A DNA stretch of 62,802 nucleotides, the filler included. It is 12 parts of 12 records of this genome, joined end to end, with 100 filler letters (N's around TTAATTAATTAA, not from the genome) between each part and the next. Parts side by side here need not be neighbours in the genome. Positions count along the whole stretch, not along the records: positions 18,555 to 23,840 come from SRR15195285_3529; positions 23,941 to 29,433 come from SRR15195285_3530; positions 29,534 to 33,022 come from SRR15195285_3532; positions 33,123 to 36,551 come from SRR15195285_3533; 8 more parts are not named here. The stretch is one strand, 5' to 3'. The notes under the pieces are model-generated. The model had not been told where the DNA came from. It saw only the letters and a list, made by a program, of their open reading frames with translations, and ran no database searches. The position numbers and the translations under genes were made by a program. This document shows positions 23,201 to 34,267 of the stretch, in pieces; the stretch's first letter is position 1; each line of letters starts with the position of its first letter.

Positions 23201-23840
23201 AGCACGTGTTCACCAACAAGGCCTTGTTGTCCTGAGCCGAGTAAGCCTTCAATCCGCGTTGTAATCATGACAACTGACCCACTCTCGCCAGACTGCGGTA
23301 GCGAGCAAAACATTTTTGCGTGGCGATCCGTCCAAACGTCATCCAGCACGAGCAGCAGTCTTTTACTCGCAAGGCAACGAGCAACCAGCACAGACCCAGC
23401 CATCTCATCCCGTATGACTTGCTGCTTCGCCTCTCCAAGGCTGCGCAGGAATGATGCCTGGAGGCCAGTCACCGAAGGGATCTGCTCACCAAGAGTTAAC
23501 CAGAATATTCCATCGGGAAATCGCACAGTCAGTTCATCGTGGTACTGCCTAACCAGCGCCGATGCAATTGTTGTCTTTCCGAGACCACCCTGGCCACGGA
23601 CAGCCACTGCTCCTTCTTTGCAGGTTGTAATCTTCTGTAACAGTGCCGAGATTACCTGAGGGCGTCCAGAATACCCAGAAGGCAACGGTGGTGGTGGCAA
23701 AGGACCCTGTTTATCATCTGCTGAACCCACGACTTGCTGTGCACTTTCAACGGCATGGGATGAGTCCTCCTCTGCGGTCAGCAGTCTTACATTCGTATCC
23801 TCGTCCATCTTGGCAGCCTCGGCCTGCTCGACCTCCTCCA
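20215..23840 (-). CDS. APAF-1-like STAND protein: NB-ARC, helical domain and WD40 propellers (possibly 5'-truncated)
   Basis: Walker A GQGGLGKT, Walker B LLVLDDVW, RLPLAI (GLPL), LHDL (MHD), and many WD repeats. Intronless. The frame stays open from ATG 23808 to the contig edge. Confidence 0.92.
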
Positions 23841-24722
23841 NNNNNNNNNNNNNNNNNNNNNNNNNNNNNNNNNNNNNNNNNNNNTTAATTAATTAANNNN
23901 NNNNNNNNNNNNNNNNNNNNNNNNNNNNNNNNNNNNNNNNGACGCTGACGCGTCAGCGTCAACCGCCACACGCGTCAGCGTCAACCGCCACACCGCCCCG
24001 TCGCCGTCGCCACCGCCACAGCAGCAGTCCGAGCAGCAGCCACCACAGCAGCCACAGCAGGACCAGCAGCAGCGACAAACACGCCAAACGACGGCCACAG
24101 AAGCCGCAGTTGAACAGCTAGCAGAACTGGGAACGACGCGCAAGCGCGGCATAGCCACCTTGGCGCCACCCCCCGCCACGATTTATTGATGTGAACATGT
24201 GATCATGAGAATGGAACATTTACAGCAAATTCTCGCTGAGTATTGTGTGACCATAGTATCGCACAGAGTTCTGAGTTGTCGAAAAACGCACAAGTCATCG
24301 CAACGTTCATTCAGTGCCATCACATTCGCGTTCCGAGGGCAATGAAAAGTCACTGAGAAATCGGGTGGACCCCTTTCGTGCTTTCGACCCCCTCCCTCCC
24401 TGGACAAAGAGATCGCGGTACGCGGATATTCGAGATTAAGATATAGCCGTAGAGTTTGCTGTGATTCGCTCGGATACTGGCGCGCTGACGACGGACTGCA
24501 GTGCACGTGGCGGCGGCAGCGCGATGGGGCGGCAGCTCTGCCAGCAGCTCTCCGCCCATGGCTGTCACGTCTCAGCCCGCCTCGAGTCGCGCAGTCGCTG
24601 CTTTTTTCTCGCGCGATAGTGCTGGGATTGGCGTTTATCTGACTCCGAAGTGAATCGGGCGATCGGACCCACGCACGCACGCAGAAGGCCTCGAGTCTGC
24701 TGTGGCCACCAGCACCACCAGC

Positions 24723-26234
24723 ATGGCGCTGGACGAGCTGGTCGAATCTGCGCTGGATCGTGCGTATCTAGGCGCGCTCTCGGACGTCGGGCGGTCGGTG
24801 CTGCTGGAGGAGCGCAATCGGCGCTCGGAGCCGGACGATATGGAGGTTGAGCGGAGGGAGCCGGAGCGGCCCTTCTTTGCCAGTCGGCTTCCGCCACCGG
24901 GTTGGGCACACATTCGGGCACACATTGAAAAGGGCCAGCTGGTGCGAGCAGAGCGCGCTTCTGCGGATCAGGAGCCGGAGCCGGATCCGGAGCCGGAGCC
25001 GAACAGAGAACCACCGAACGGCAGTTTGAAGGAGGCCTACGAAAAGTTGCTGGACTCGAGTCAGCTCAGCGGCAGCGATGGGAGCAAAGCGATTGCAGAT
25101 CTCGGGGGGAAGGTCCTCGGATCGGCGTCGCTGCGACTGGAGCACAGGCAGCGTGCAGCAGATGTCCGCAACGCGCAGCTCGTCGCGAACAGCGCGAGAG
25201 CGAAGGAAGTGCGGCTGCGAGGTGAGGCCGTCGCCCGCGCGAAGGAGGCCCATGCCGCTCTGCTCGCCAGCACACGATACATAGAGTTCCGTCCCGAGGC
25301 GTGGAGGCAGAACGACCGTGGCAGCAGTGGTGGCAGCGACAAAGAGCCATGGCGAAACGTCCCGTACCAGGTGCCGCGGCGAGAAGAAAAGGCGTGGCTC
25401 GATCCGGGCCGCACGCCAGCTGACGCCGCAAAAGTGGTGTCCGAGGGCGTCCAAGCGATGGCACAGAGGCGTGAGCGAGCAAGCCGACTGGTTCTCACGG
25501 AGAGACACAATAACCAAATCGTGCAGATTCATCGACTACAGCCGCCTTCACATACCACTGCTGTGCGGAAACCTGCGGTGTACCGGCGCGCAGGCCGCGC
25601 CGCTCGGGCGCTGCAGATAGCATCGGACATTCCGAGCTCCCTGGCTGCCAAATTAAAACATCAAATCGAAACCGGAGGCGCCAGTGCGCGGAGGCACGTG
25701 AACAGTGGGGGCCTCGAGGTCACACCGGGGCTGAATGGCTCTTCTGAGTCGTACATGACGCTACGGGACGGCGAGCACAAGCCCTTGCCAGCGCAATTCA
25801 TTTCTCATCACGCACCGGTACCGCCACCCGAACACGCGAGAGCTGACAGCAGCAATGGCGGTCCTGACAACCGGTGCCGTGTTCTGATCTCTAGCGCCGG
25901 TGAGACGGCAGGTGTCGTATCGCCTGGTCCCGCTGCTTACCATATGGAAGTCGCTTATGCTAAACTAAACTCACCTCGATCCTTCCGACGGAGGACTGAC
26001 AAGGACTACAGCAGCAGCGTTGCATTTGGGACGACGACTGCCCAACGACCAGACAGCATTGGCTGCGTTGGCATTCGCGGAGCAGCGGCTGAGGTTGAGA
26101 CAAACGTGCCGAGCGCAAGCGGCTCCGCTGTGCCTGTGATGAAGGGCTGCGCGTGGGGCTACGGCCTGGGAGTGTTTGAGGAGACGAGCTGGACAAAACA
26201 CATCCCGTTGGAGAGCGGGAAGGCGCTGGAGTAG
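24723..26234 (+). CDS. Hypothetical protein with EPEP linker and a SHIPPO/PGP-like motif (possible ciliary protein)
   Basis: ~500-codon ORF containing EPEPDPEPEP and SPGPAAY. Confidence 0.6.
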   Translation: MALDELVESALDRAYLGALSDVGRSVLLEERNRRSEPDDMEVERREPERPFFASRLPPPGWAHIRAHIEKGQLVRAERASADQEPEPDPEPEPNREPPNGSLKEAYEKLLDSSQLSGSDGSKAIADLGGKVLGSASLRLEHRQRAADVRNAQLVANSARAKEVRLRGEAVARAKEAHAALLASTRYIEFRPEAWRQNDRGSSGGSDKEPWRNVPYQVPRREEKAWLDPGRTPADAAKVVSEGVQAMAQRRERASRLVLTERHNNQIVQIHRLQPPSHTTAVRKPAVYRRAGRAARALQIASDIPSSLAAKLKHQIETGGASARRHVNSGGLEVTPGLNGSSESYMTLRDGEHKPLPAQFISHHAPVPPPEHARADSSNGGPDNRCRVLISSAGETAGVVSPGPAAYHMEVAYAKLNSPRSFRRRTDKDYSSSVAFGTTTAQRPDSIGCVGIRGAAAEVETNVPSASGSAVPVMKGCAWGYGLGVFEETSWTKHIPLESGKALE

Positions 26235-26415
26235 AGCTACATATGTAGGTGGAGCAACTCCGTGGATGGATTAGCTACACGGAGCTTGCGCTAAAGGTGT
26301 GTTCTTCCCTCTTAACAATCTTGAAACTTGACACTTTCTTTTGCGTGGTGAGCTGATGCCCTCGCCTAGTGCAATTATCTACCCTGATTTAGATGGCACC
26401 GCATCATCACAATAA

Positions 26416-27075
26416 TCAGGCGCTGGTAGCCACACCGAGCGCCACCGCCAAAGCCGAGGCGAGAGCAGCTGCGGAGGTCGGCGAGCCAGAGCTTTTTTGC
26501 TCAGAACAATGCTGTCTCCACCAGAGGTGTCGTCACCAGAGGTGTCGTCACTACAGACAGTAATCTGGCAGGCTCGCTCCGTAGGAAGCTTGAAACGAGT
26601 GCACGTAATCCGATCCCACCCAGTCAGATGCGGGATTCGTGAACTGGATCTCGCACAGATCCCAAAAGACGGTGTACGCAGAGGCACACGACGCTTAGCA
26701 ACCGTTAAGCAAGAACTCCAACGACTCCCACGACTTCTCAGACAATTCGCATGGCGTCATCACGTCTTCACCATTGCAGACCATGAGGTCGGATTGTGAC
26801 AATCATGCAGTGGTAGTTGTCATAGCCGCACGCAGCGTTGTTGCATTGTTCGTCGCACAGTGAGTCCTCCCAGGTGGCGGCACACCACCAGTCATCTCCA
26901 GATGCAGCGTGGCACGCCGCGCTAGACACGGCAGCGCCGGCAGCGGATGGGCAGACGCCATCGCGTGCCTAGCATGCCGCTCTATCACCATTCTCCGCCT
27001 CACACTCGGTGCCACCAACAACACCAGTTGCTGAGACTGTGTAGCCCTTTCAACAGTCAACATCGCAGGAAGCCT
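26416..27075 (-). pseudogene. Decayed Cys-rich surface-protein gene with LNR/Notch-like repeat and GPI-type tail
   Basis: Reads ASCDVDC*KGY...AAC*ARDGVCP...CDEQCNNAACGYDNYHC...GC*ASC...SIVLSK / SSGSPTSAAALASALAVALGVATSA*. Stops at 27050-27052, 26969-26971 and 26695-26697, plus frameshifts. Confidence 0.65.
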
Positions 27076-27539
27076 ACACAAGCAACAGCCGATTCACCAG
27101 GTGCTTAGCGTACCCAGGACACAGCGATAGGCTCTGTCGTAGGGTCACTAGCCTCCAGTTGCCAAACCCTGGCATTCATGAGGCCACCGAGACCCACTGC
27201 AATATAGATTTAGCTATAGTTACCATCAGGTACACACAGCTGTAGTATGGCGTGCTCAACTTTTCGCGCGCGGTAATGACAACTGTGGAATAATTGTTCC
27301 CGTCTAGTAATAATGCATACTTATCGTGGCACAAAAACTGCATTGACAGCGAGGTTTCTATTTGTCTGTGCCCTGCCATTTCCATCTCTGTTTGCGTTCA
27401 GTGCATTGCGGATTCGGCATCCTCCACCTCACCATCCTCTTGCTTTCTAGCCCCTAGTACCTGCTCTTTATCGCCCTCTCCTAGACCAACATACTCGAAT
27501 GCCTGTTCGACGAGCGTGATGTGCTAGTGTTAGTTCAAA

Positions 27540-27986
27540 TTATAGTCGCCCAATGATAGCTGCCAAACCCGAGACGAGAGTGGTTGCGGAAATCGGTGCC
27601 CAAGAATTTTTGTCGCTCAGCACAATTTCGCCTTGGCCCGTACCCGTGACTGAGTACGTCCCCGTGACTGAGTACGTCCCCGTGCACATGCCGTTCTCGT
27701 CACCAGCTGCCACGCTGATGGTGCTGCCACTCTTTTCCGCGGTAACCGCGACTCCATCTTCGAAAGTCCCCGATGCAGAGCTACCGTCGGTGGTCAGTGT
27801 GCCAGTAAAGCAGGAGCAGGATCCGACGTTTGCGTTGTCTGGATTTAGGATCATGGTGTTGCCGCTAAGCGACACGACATAGCTCCCCGAGCATGTGTAC
27901 GAGCAGCCCGCTTGCTGACACTCTGAGGGAAATACCGAAGTCCTTTCCACGGATGTTATGCCATCCCATGGGGCAAGTTTGACCAA
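27540..27986 (-). CDS. Small Cys/Ser/Thr-rich surface protein with GPI-type tail; 5' end lacks ATG and signal peptide (possible pseudogene)
   Basis: Ends EIVLSDKNSWAPISATTLVSGLAAIIGRL. Contains an 18-nt internal duplication (TYSVTG x2). Confidence 0.5.
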   Translation of the reverse strand: MVKLAPWDGITSVERTSVFPSECQQAGCSYTCSGSYVVSLSGNTMILNPDNANVGSCSCFTGTLTTDGSSASGTFEDGVAVTAEKSGSTISVAAGDENGMCTGTYSVTGTYSVTGTGQGEIVLSDKNSWAPISATTLVSGLAAIIGRL

Positions 27987-28090
27987 GACTTTATTGTGGA
28001 ATGCAGCGTCCGATGGCGGACACGCTACGCTCTACGTGCAGCAACCTCACTTTAGGCTCAAAACGTACTTGCTGCAAAACAATTGTTTTC

Positions 28091-29079
28091 TCAAACAGTG
28101 GCCCCGAAGCCGAGCGCCATAACAAAGAGGACGGCGATGGCGCCACGTGCAGAGCTGGATGCCTTTGTAGCCAACGTGATGCTTTGGTCGTCAACGCTGG
28201 CACCGCTGTCGTCGTCGTAGTTGTCGTCGTCGGACGAGGTGCAAACACCGGCACCAGGCCCCGAAGTTTGGCCACTAGGGCACGATATGCACGACGTTGA
28301 CCCGCGATATTCTGCGTATTGGCCGCTCTCGCAATTAACGCACGCGTCAGCGCCCGAAGACGAGTATTGGCCAAAGCCGCATTCTGAGCACGCCTCTCGG
28401 TGGGAAGTAAGTTCCATTTTCTTGCCAGCTTCGCAAGGTTCGCACATAAAGTAGCTGCCACCACCAGCCACGAAGTAATTATTTACCGTCTCCCCGCGCC
28501 CACAATTGAGACTGTCATCGTTGATGTCCATGGCGCCGTCCGGCCACCACGACGGCGGCGGCGGTGGTCCCGTTGAGTCACAGCTTTGTGCTTGTGCGCA
28601 CTGGTTGTAAGCGTCGCCTCTCCCGCCTTCGCAGCAAGAACCCACGCACTCGCCGTTGACACGGTCGTTGCAGTAGTCGAATCGGGCCTCGTCGCACACA
28701 CTGCCTGAGCACGGAGCGTAGTAACAATCTGAGCTCGTGGTCGCCGAGCCCTGAACTGACGTCTTGCCCGCAGGACACGCTCGGCTGCGCACGCACGATA
28801 TATACCGTGAGGCGTCAGCGACCACGCTCTAGCTGGCAAGCAGGGCACGTTCTACCGTCATTGGCGCGTCCCGGGCACAACGATGATACGAGAGGCCGAC
28901 TCTCGAGCATTTGCGCACCACACATCGCCACTCCAAACGTCTTCACAATAAAGCCCCGAACAGCAGCTGTCAAAGGAGCAGCCCTGGCCGGCTGAACTTT
29001 CGCAAGCGTTCACTTCGACAGAAAGGAGAGCGGCGTTGCACCACAGCAAGACGAGCGTCGCGGACAGAGACGCCTTCAT
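28091..29079 (-). CDS. Secreted Cys-rich (GCC2/GCC3, ephrin-receptor-like repeat) GPI-type surface protein, 2 exons
   Basis: Signal peptide MKASLSATLVLLWC. Intron 28785-28918 restores the frame. CxxCxxG repeats. Hydrophobic tail SITLATKASSSARGAIAVLFVMALGFGATV. Confidence 0.8.
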
Positions 29080-29775
29080 TAGGAACTGCTCCTAGGCAAC
29101 CACCACACAATATGAGCCCGGGCTGCCAAACAAACGCCAGGAAGGGCGAGAGGGGGCTCCACAGACTGGACTCATGAACGGCGCCGCGCACGCGTACGAG
29201 AGGTTGGGGGCCGAGGTGCTGTGTCTGCGAAGACAAAGGAATCCACCCGAACTGCTTCACGCTCTGGCTGTGGCGCGACCGGCGAGCCCGCAAACAAGCA
29301 ACCAGCGACCAACGTCAGCCCGGCTGCCAAGCAAGCGCGTGCCGCACAACAACGTGCAGACTCAAGGCGGCAGCGGGGCACGTACGTGCGGACTTCGAGA
29401 AGGAAGGGGGGGGCGGGGGGGGGGGGGGGGGGGNNNNNNNNNNNNNNNNNNNNNNNNNNNNNNNNNNNNNNNNNNNNTTAATTAATTAANNNNNNNNNNN
29501 NNNNNNNNNNNNNNNNNNNNNNNNNNNNNNNNNGGTCCCCGATCTCAAGAGTAGCACATGTACGTTCTTGTGCTAGCTAGATCTCTAGCTAGAGTGGTCA
29601 CAATACGCTGTGGCAGTGCGCGCGCGCGCCAGCTAGCAGCGCTGCAGCATGCGCAGCACGCGCATGGCGGCCCGCGCGCGCGCGCGGTCGTCGACATCAT
29701 GGCGGCGAGCAGATCATCCCGGGGGCGCGGCTAAGTCCATTCGCTGTGTCTTGAGTATCGTATACAATCTAGAGT

Positions 29776-31333
29776 ATGGCTGTCCGCGGCTCCAAGGAGC
29801 AGTCCAGCGGCACGCCCGAGACAATCTCGCCAACGCGTTTGGCGGAGGGCGTGACGACGGCGCCGCTCGTCTCTGCGGAGCAGGAGATCGCACAGCTCCG
29901 TGCTGAGCTCCACAGGCTGAGGCTCACGGGGCCCCAGCCGCGTACCGACGACGGTCGAGCACCAGCGGCGGCAGAGCAAACGATGTGGCCTGAGTGTGGC
30001 CTGAAGATTACCTACGGAAAGAACGCGTCTCCACACCCTAGCACAGCCACGATCATGCGAGACCGGTTCCGAGAGGAAAGCATTTGCCCGTCGTCGGACT
30101 TTGGCTACCTGCCTCAGCCTACGACTGACGGCGACCAGCTCGAGCATGACTTTGTCCGCTGGGGTTATTGCATTGTGGCTGATGCAATGACATCGGATCA
30201 GGTCGACAGGGTCGTTTCGCGGCTAAAGGATCAAGCAGCGGCAGAGCGTGCGGCCGGCGTGGCCCACGTTTCGCATGGCGGCAGCTCCCAGCACGTGTTC
30301 AACACCCTGCCGAAAGGAAAAGAATTCCGCGACATGATCGAGTTTCATCCTCGCGCGGCGGTTGGCGGACCGACCGTGGAGGGCTTGCTGGAAAAAATAC
30401 TCGGCCGTGGTTGGTATGGTGGCACTTTCCACGGCTCAATCGTGCACGAAGGTGGTGGTGACCAAGGCATGCATCAGGATCAAGGTGAGATTCCTATTGA
30501 CCTGCATGCCAATGTGCCAATGAAGTGCCTCATCATCTGGACACTTAGTGAGTTCAACCTCGAAATGGGTGGCACATATATGGTACCTGGTTCTCATCGC
30601 GATGCTGCGGGCAGCAATCGTGTCGTTCCAAGTATCGATTACACCGAACTGGCAAACGGAGGCGAGCATGGACCTGGGCTCGTGGCTTGTTGTGCACCTC
30701 CCGGTAGCGCAATTCTAACTGACTCGCGACTCTTGCACAGTGGTGCAAGAAGGACAGCGCCTGGCACGCGGTATGCCCTGCGATATCTCTATCAGCGCGG
30801 CTTTATCCGGCAGCAAGAAAATCAATACGTGTCTGTGCCGGACGAGATTGTCTCAGTATGCTCGCCGAAGTTGTTGAAAATGATGGGCTACCAATCATTC
30901 GGCGGGCTGGGCATGGTGAATGGCTACACTAGCAATGGCAAGCGCCCAGCTGTGCCCATCGGTGAGCTATCGATGGCACGACCAGAAGAGTTTGGGCAAG
31001 ATTTTGATGAGAAATATTCCATGGAAGTGAGTCCATACGGCAACACGCGTCCGCCTAGACTCCTAGTATCCTGCGCTGTTTCAAAACAATGATGGCGCCT
31101 AATCTCAGAACAGAGCAGTGGGCAGTCGGCACTTTCGTTGTCTTTGTTTATGCTCATCCCGTATGTGTATGCAGGCTGAAATGATCTCCCAACAGCCGTT
31201 GCACCTCAACAGCACGACGGAAGCGGTGTATGCAGGTGAGAATGTGCAGACTTTTGTCGAGTATCGAGGGCCGACGCCGGATGATTGGTGGCGAGAGAAA
31301 AAGGAAGCGCCAAGTGGCAAGAGCAAACTCTAG
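29776..31333 (+). CDS. PhyH-family Fe(II)/2-oxoglutarate dioxygenase, peroxisomal (SKL)
   Basis: GYCIVADAM, HQD, GGTYMVPGSH, DSRLLHSG..R, FIRQQEN. Intron 31027-31174. Ends GKSKL. Confidence 0.9.
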
Positions 31334-31544
31334 TTCGCTCGGTAAAGGTGCACCATGTAATTGCATGGCTGTGTGCACCGGCTTCTAGCAAAGGTAAGCC
31401 GTGAGAAACAGCTGGTGAGAAATGAAGCATGTGGCTAAGCACTCTATCGAATAGGTCATCATTCACGTGCGCCTGATTGCCCTGTCGTCTCAAGCATAAA
31501 CGCTGATACTACAGCCGGCGGAGCTGCTACAGTCTTCATCCGCT

Positions 31545-32904
31545 TCAGAGTTTCGCCACCTTTCTGCTGGCCGATGTCGTAGGCCCCGAGGCTGAGGCAG
31601 GTGCGGAGCGGGAATAACTTGAGCCAGATCCCATTGCTCCTCCACTTCTCGGCAGGACAGGCGACAGTAACGTCTTTCGGCGTGGCGTCAGCCTCTCCAC
31701 CAGCTCGGGCGATGCGGTATATCGCCATCGATACTGGTAGCGTGACGGCAAGTAGCGCATGCACAACACACGACGCTGTCCCTCATTCGTCCGCGCTGCA
31801 GCACCATGCAGACAGCTGTCGTTAAAAAGTAGCATGTCGCCCGCCTTCATGTGCATTTCCTGAGCACCGTCGACTTCCGTGCCCTCCGTTTGCATCATGC
31901 GCTGAGTGGGATGAGCGATCTCAGATTTGTGGCTGTCACATGGCACAATAATCGACCAGCACTGAGCGGAAAATTTGGTCTGTAGAACAAGTGACAACAG
32001 ACATCGCTCGCTCCACATGGTCGCTCACCTGCCAGGGACTATTACCGTTGCCTGTGTGCCATAGGATGAAATCAGCCGCAGACCGCGACGTCAGGACAGT
32101 CGAGGAGCTGTATAGGATGGTAGACAGTGTGCTTAGGCTGAATGGTATCACTCACGCCATCGCCGGGGCCGATATCGCACAGAGCAACAATCAGTGACAT
32201 GTACCTACGGCACCCAATACTCAGCTGTGAGATATCGATGGAAGTGTGCTGCGGAGCCTTTCGAACAAATACTCACTGCACTGCCCAGTTGCCGCCGATG
32301 ATGCCGCTGCTGTACGTCGGGTCGTATCCCATGCCAGCAGGGCCACCACAGTGGCAACCAATGTAGCCCCCCTTTCCTCTGAGGTTCAAAAACATTTCAT
32401 GAATCGAAGGGTTGCGCACGTAGTGGTCTACTCGCCCTATCCACGCTGGATGATCCACCAACGCCTCGAACACGGGGCCGGCTTCGAACATGTGCTGCAG
32501 GTTGATTCCGTCGTCAATACTCGTGCCGTGGTAGTAGGAGTGCGACTCGACCTGCCCATACCACTCGCCCATCCCGTTCACCTTCCCCAGGCCATCGATG
32601 TAGGCGTTGATTTCCCGTAGCTCCTCGCGACTGAGGGCATTCGGGATGTGGCTGAAGCCGGTCAGATCGAACACTACGCGTAAAACAGGCAGCGCCACCG
32701 TGACAAGATGGGCACATCACTGGCAGAAATGAGAGCGGACTCAGCCGACAGTCAGCAGATAGATCGACAGTGTCGCTTGCAGAGCAAGCAAGCGGCAGGC
32801 AGGCTGTGGCGATAGGTATGGGTGGTGTACAACTTGGGTCGGTACGCACTGTACTCCTCAAGCGCCTCTGGCCCGTGAGAAACGCTCGGCGGCTCGGCCT
32901 GCAT
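31545..32904 (-). CDS. PhyH-family dioxygenase, 5 exons, peroxisomal (AKL)
   Basis: Spliced product MQAEP..EEYMFDLTGF..LVDHP..HCGG..ALCDIGPGDG-ATVIVPGSHKS..KAGDMLLFNDSCLHG..R. Includes a 23-nt exon. Ends VAKL. Confidence 0.88.
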
Positions 32905-33361
32905 CGTTCAACCCGTACGTGTTCCACGCACTTGTATACCGGTAGTCACGAGTACTGCATGCCGGCGCGCGCCGGCCGCCGCGCCCCGCGCGGCGGTAGG
33001 GGTGGCAGACAGACCCGTAATCNNNNNNNNNNNNNNNNNNNNNNNNNNNNNNNNNNNNNNNNNNNNTTAATTAATTAANNNNNNNNNNNNNNNNNNNNNN
33101 NNNNNNNNNNNNNNNNNNNNNNACTCAAGGGCCTTGGGTCTGATCGACGCACGCACCCGGCGGCGGCGCACAGTGGTGGAGCGCGCCCGGCTGCGCATGC
33201 ACATGAAGCAACGCGCAGCGCCTGTCGTCGCAGTGTGCCACGAGCAGCTCGGTGCAGCTACCACAAGCTCTGGAGATCCCTGCGTACTGCAGGCCGGTCT
33301 GACGTCTGCCCTGAGGGTTCAGCGCAGCGAGACGGCCAGCCAGCCAGCCCAGCGATATTGC

Positions 33362-34000
33362 ATGGCCGGCTCGGATGACCCACAGACTGGCACGCCTCAG
33401 GCGGAGGAGCAGACGTGGCTGCAGCGCAAGGTCACGGGACCGCTGTACGGTCAGATCGCTGCGGGTGTGACGCCCGTCAGCCTGGCTCAATCGGTGGCGA
33501 TGGGCCTCACGGTGGGAATCGGGCCGCTGCCGTGTCTGTCCGGCATTATCGTGGGGCTGCTGTCCGTGTACTGTGGCTACAACATGGTGGCGGGGCAGGT
33601 GGCACAACTGGTGATGGCACCGATCCAGCTCGCAATGATCGTGCCGTTCATGAGGTTCGGAGAGTGGATGACTGGATGGGAACCCACATTGCTAGACGAT
33701 ATCACGCGCTTCACCGAAGGCGATATCCTCGGTTCACTCGGTCCGCTGCAGCCCAGCTTCGCTTTCAGCGTTGAAATGCCCCTTCCCTTCGACTTGATGC
33801 GTTGCCATTTGCACTGAGTGTGGCTCTTGCCTGCTGGCGCGTGGGCACACCACCAACGTCTGGCAGGCTCAGTTTGGCAGGGTTTTGCATGTGCATTGCT
33901 CCCATGGCTGCTCATAGCACCTTTTGCTTTCGCATTTGCACGCGCCGCGACACAGCCCGTCTTCGAGCGACTCGTTGCGCAAGAGGGCAAAGGAATCTAA
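33362..34000 (+). CDS. DUF2062-family membrane protein, 2 exons
   Basis: GVTPVSLAQSVAMGLTVGIGP...N..AGQVAQLVMAPIQLAMIVPFMRFGE is typical of DUF2062. Confidence 0.75.
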
Positions 34001-34267
34001 GCGAGTTTGTGAAGGATCAACGATCGCCTGGAGCCCAGGTGGCCTATACCACCACATGGTTTGAAGTGACGTACTCGATCAGTGGCGATCTTTCAAAACA
34101 GGAGCTGCACGAATTTGCCACGCTTTGCCAAACGCGGCGGTGGCTCTGTCTGGGCAGCCCCAACGATGCAATTGCGAAGCTCATAGATCAGCAAACGTGC
34201 TGCTGGTTCATTGAATACACGCGTTGATTACGTTGCACAAAATCACACCGTGGGTGGGTGGGTAGCT

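Noticed and set aside
26416-27075. Stop-codon reassignment (TAA/TAG as Gln) suggested by in-frame stops
   Set aside because: Intact genes in the window end in TAA, TAG and TGA, and this locus also has frameshifts, so pseudogenisation explains it.
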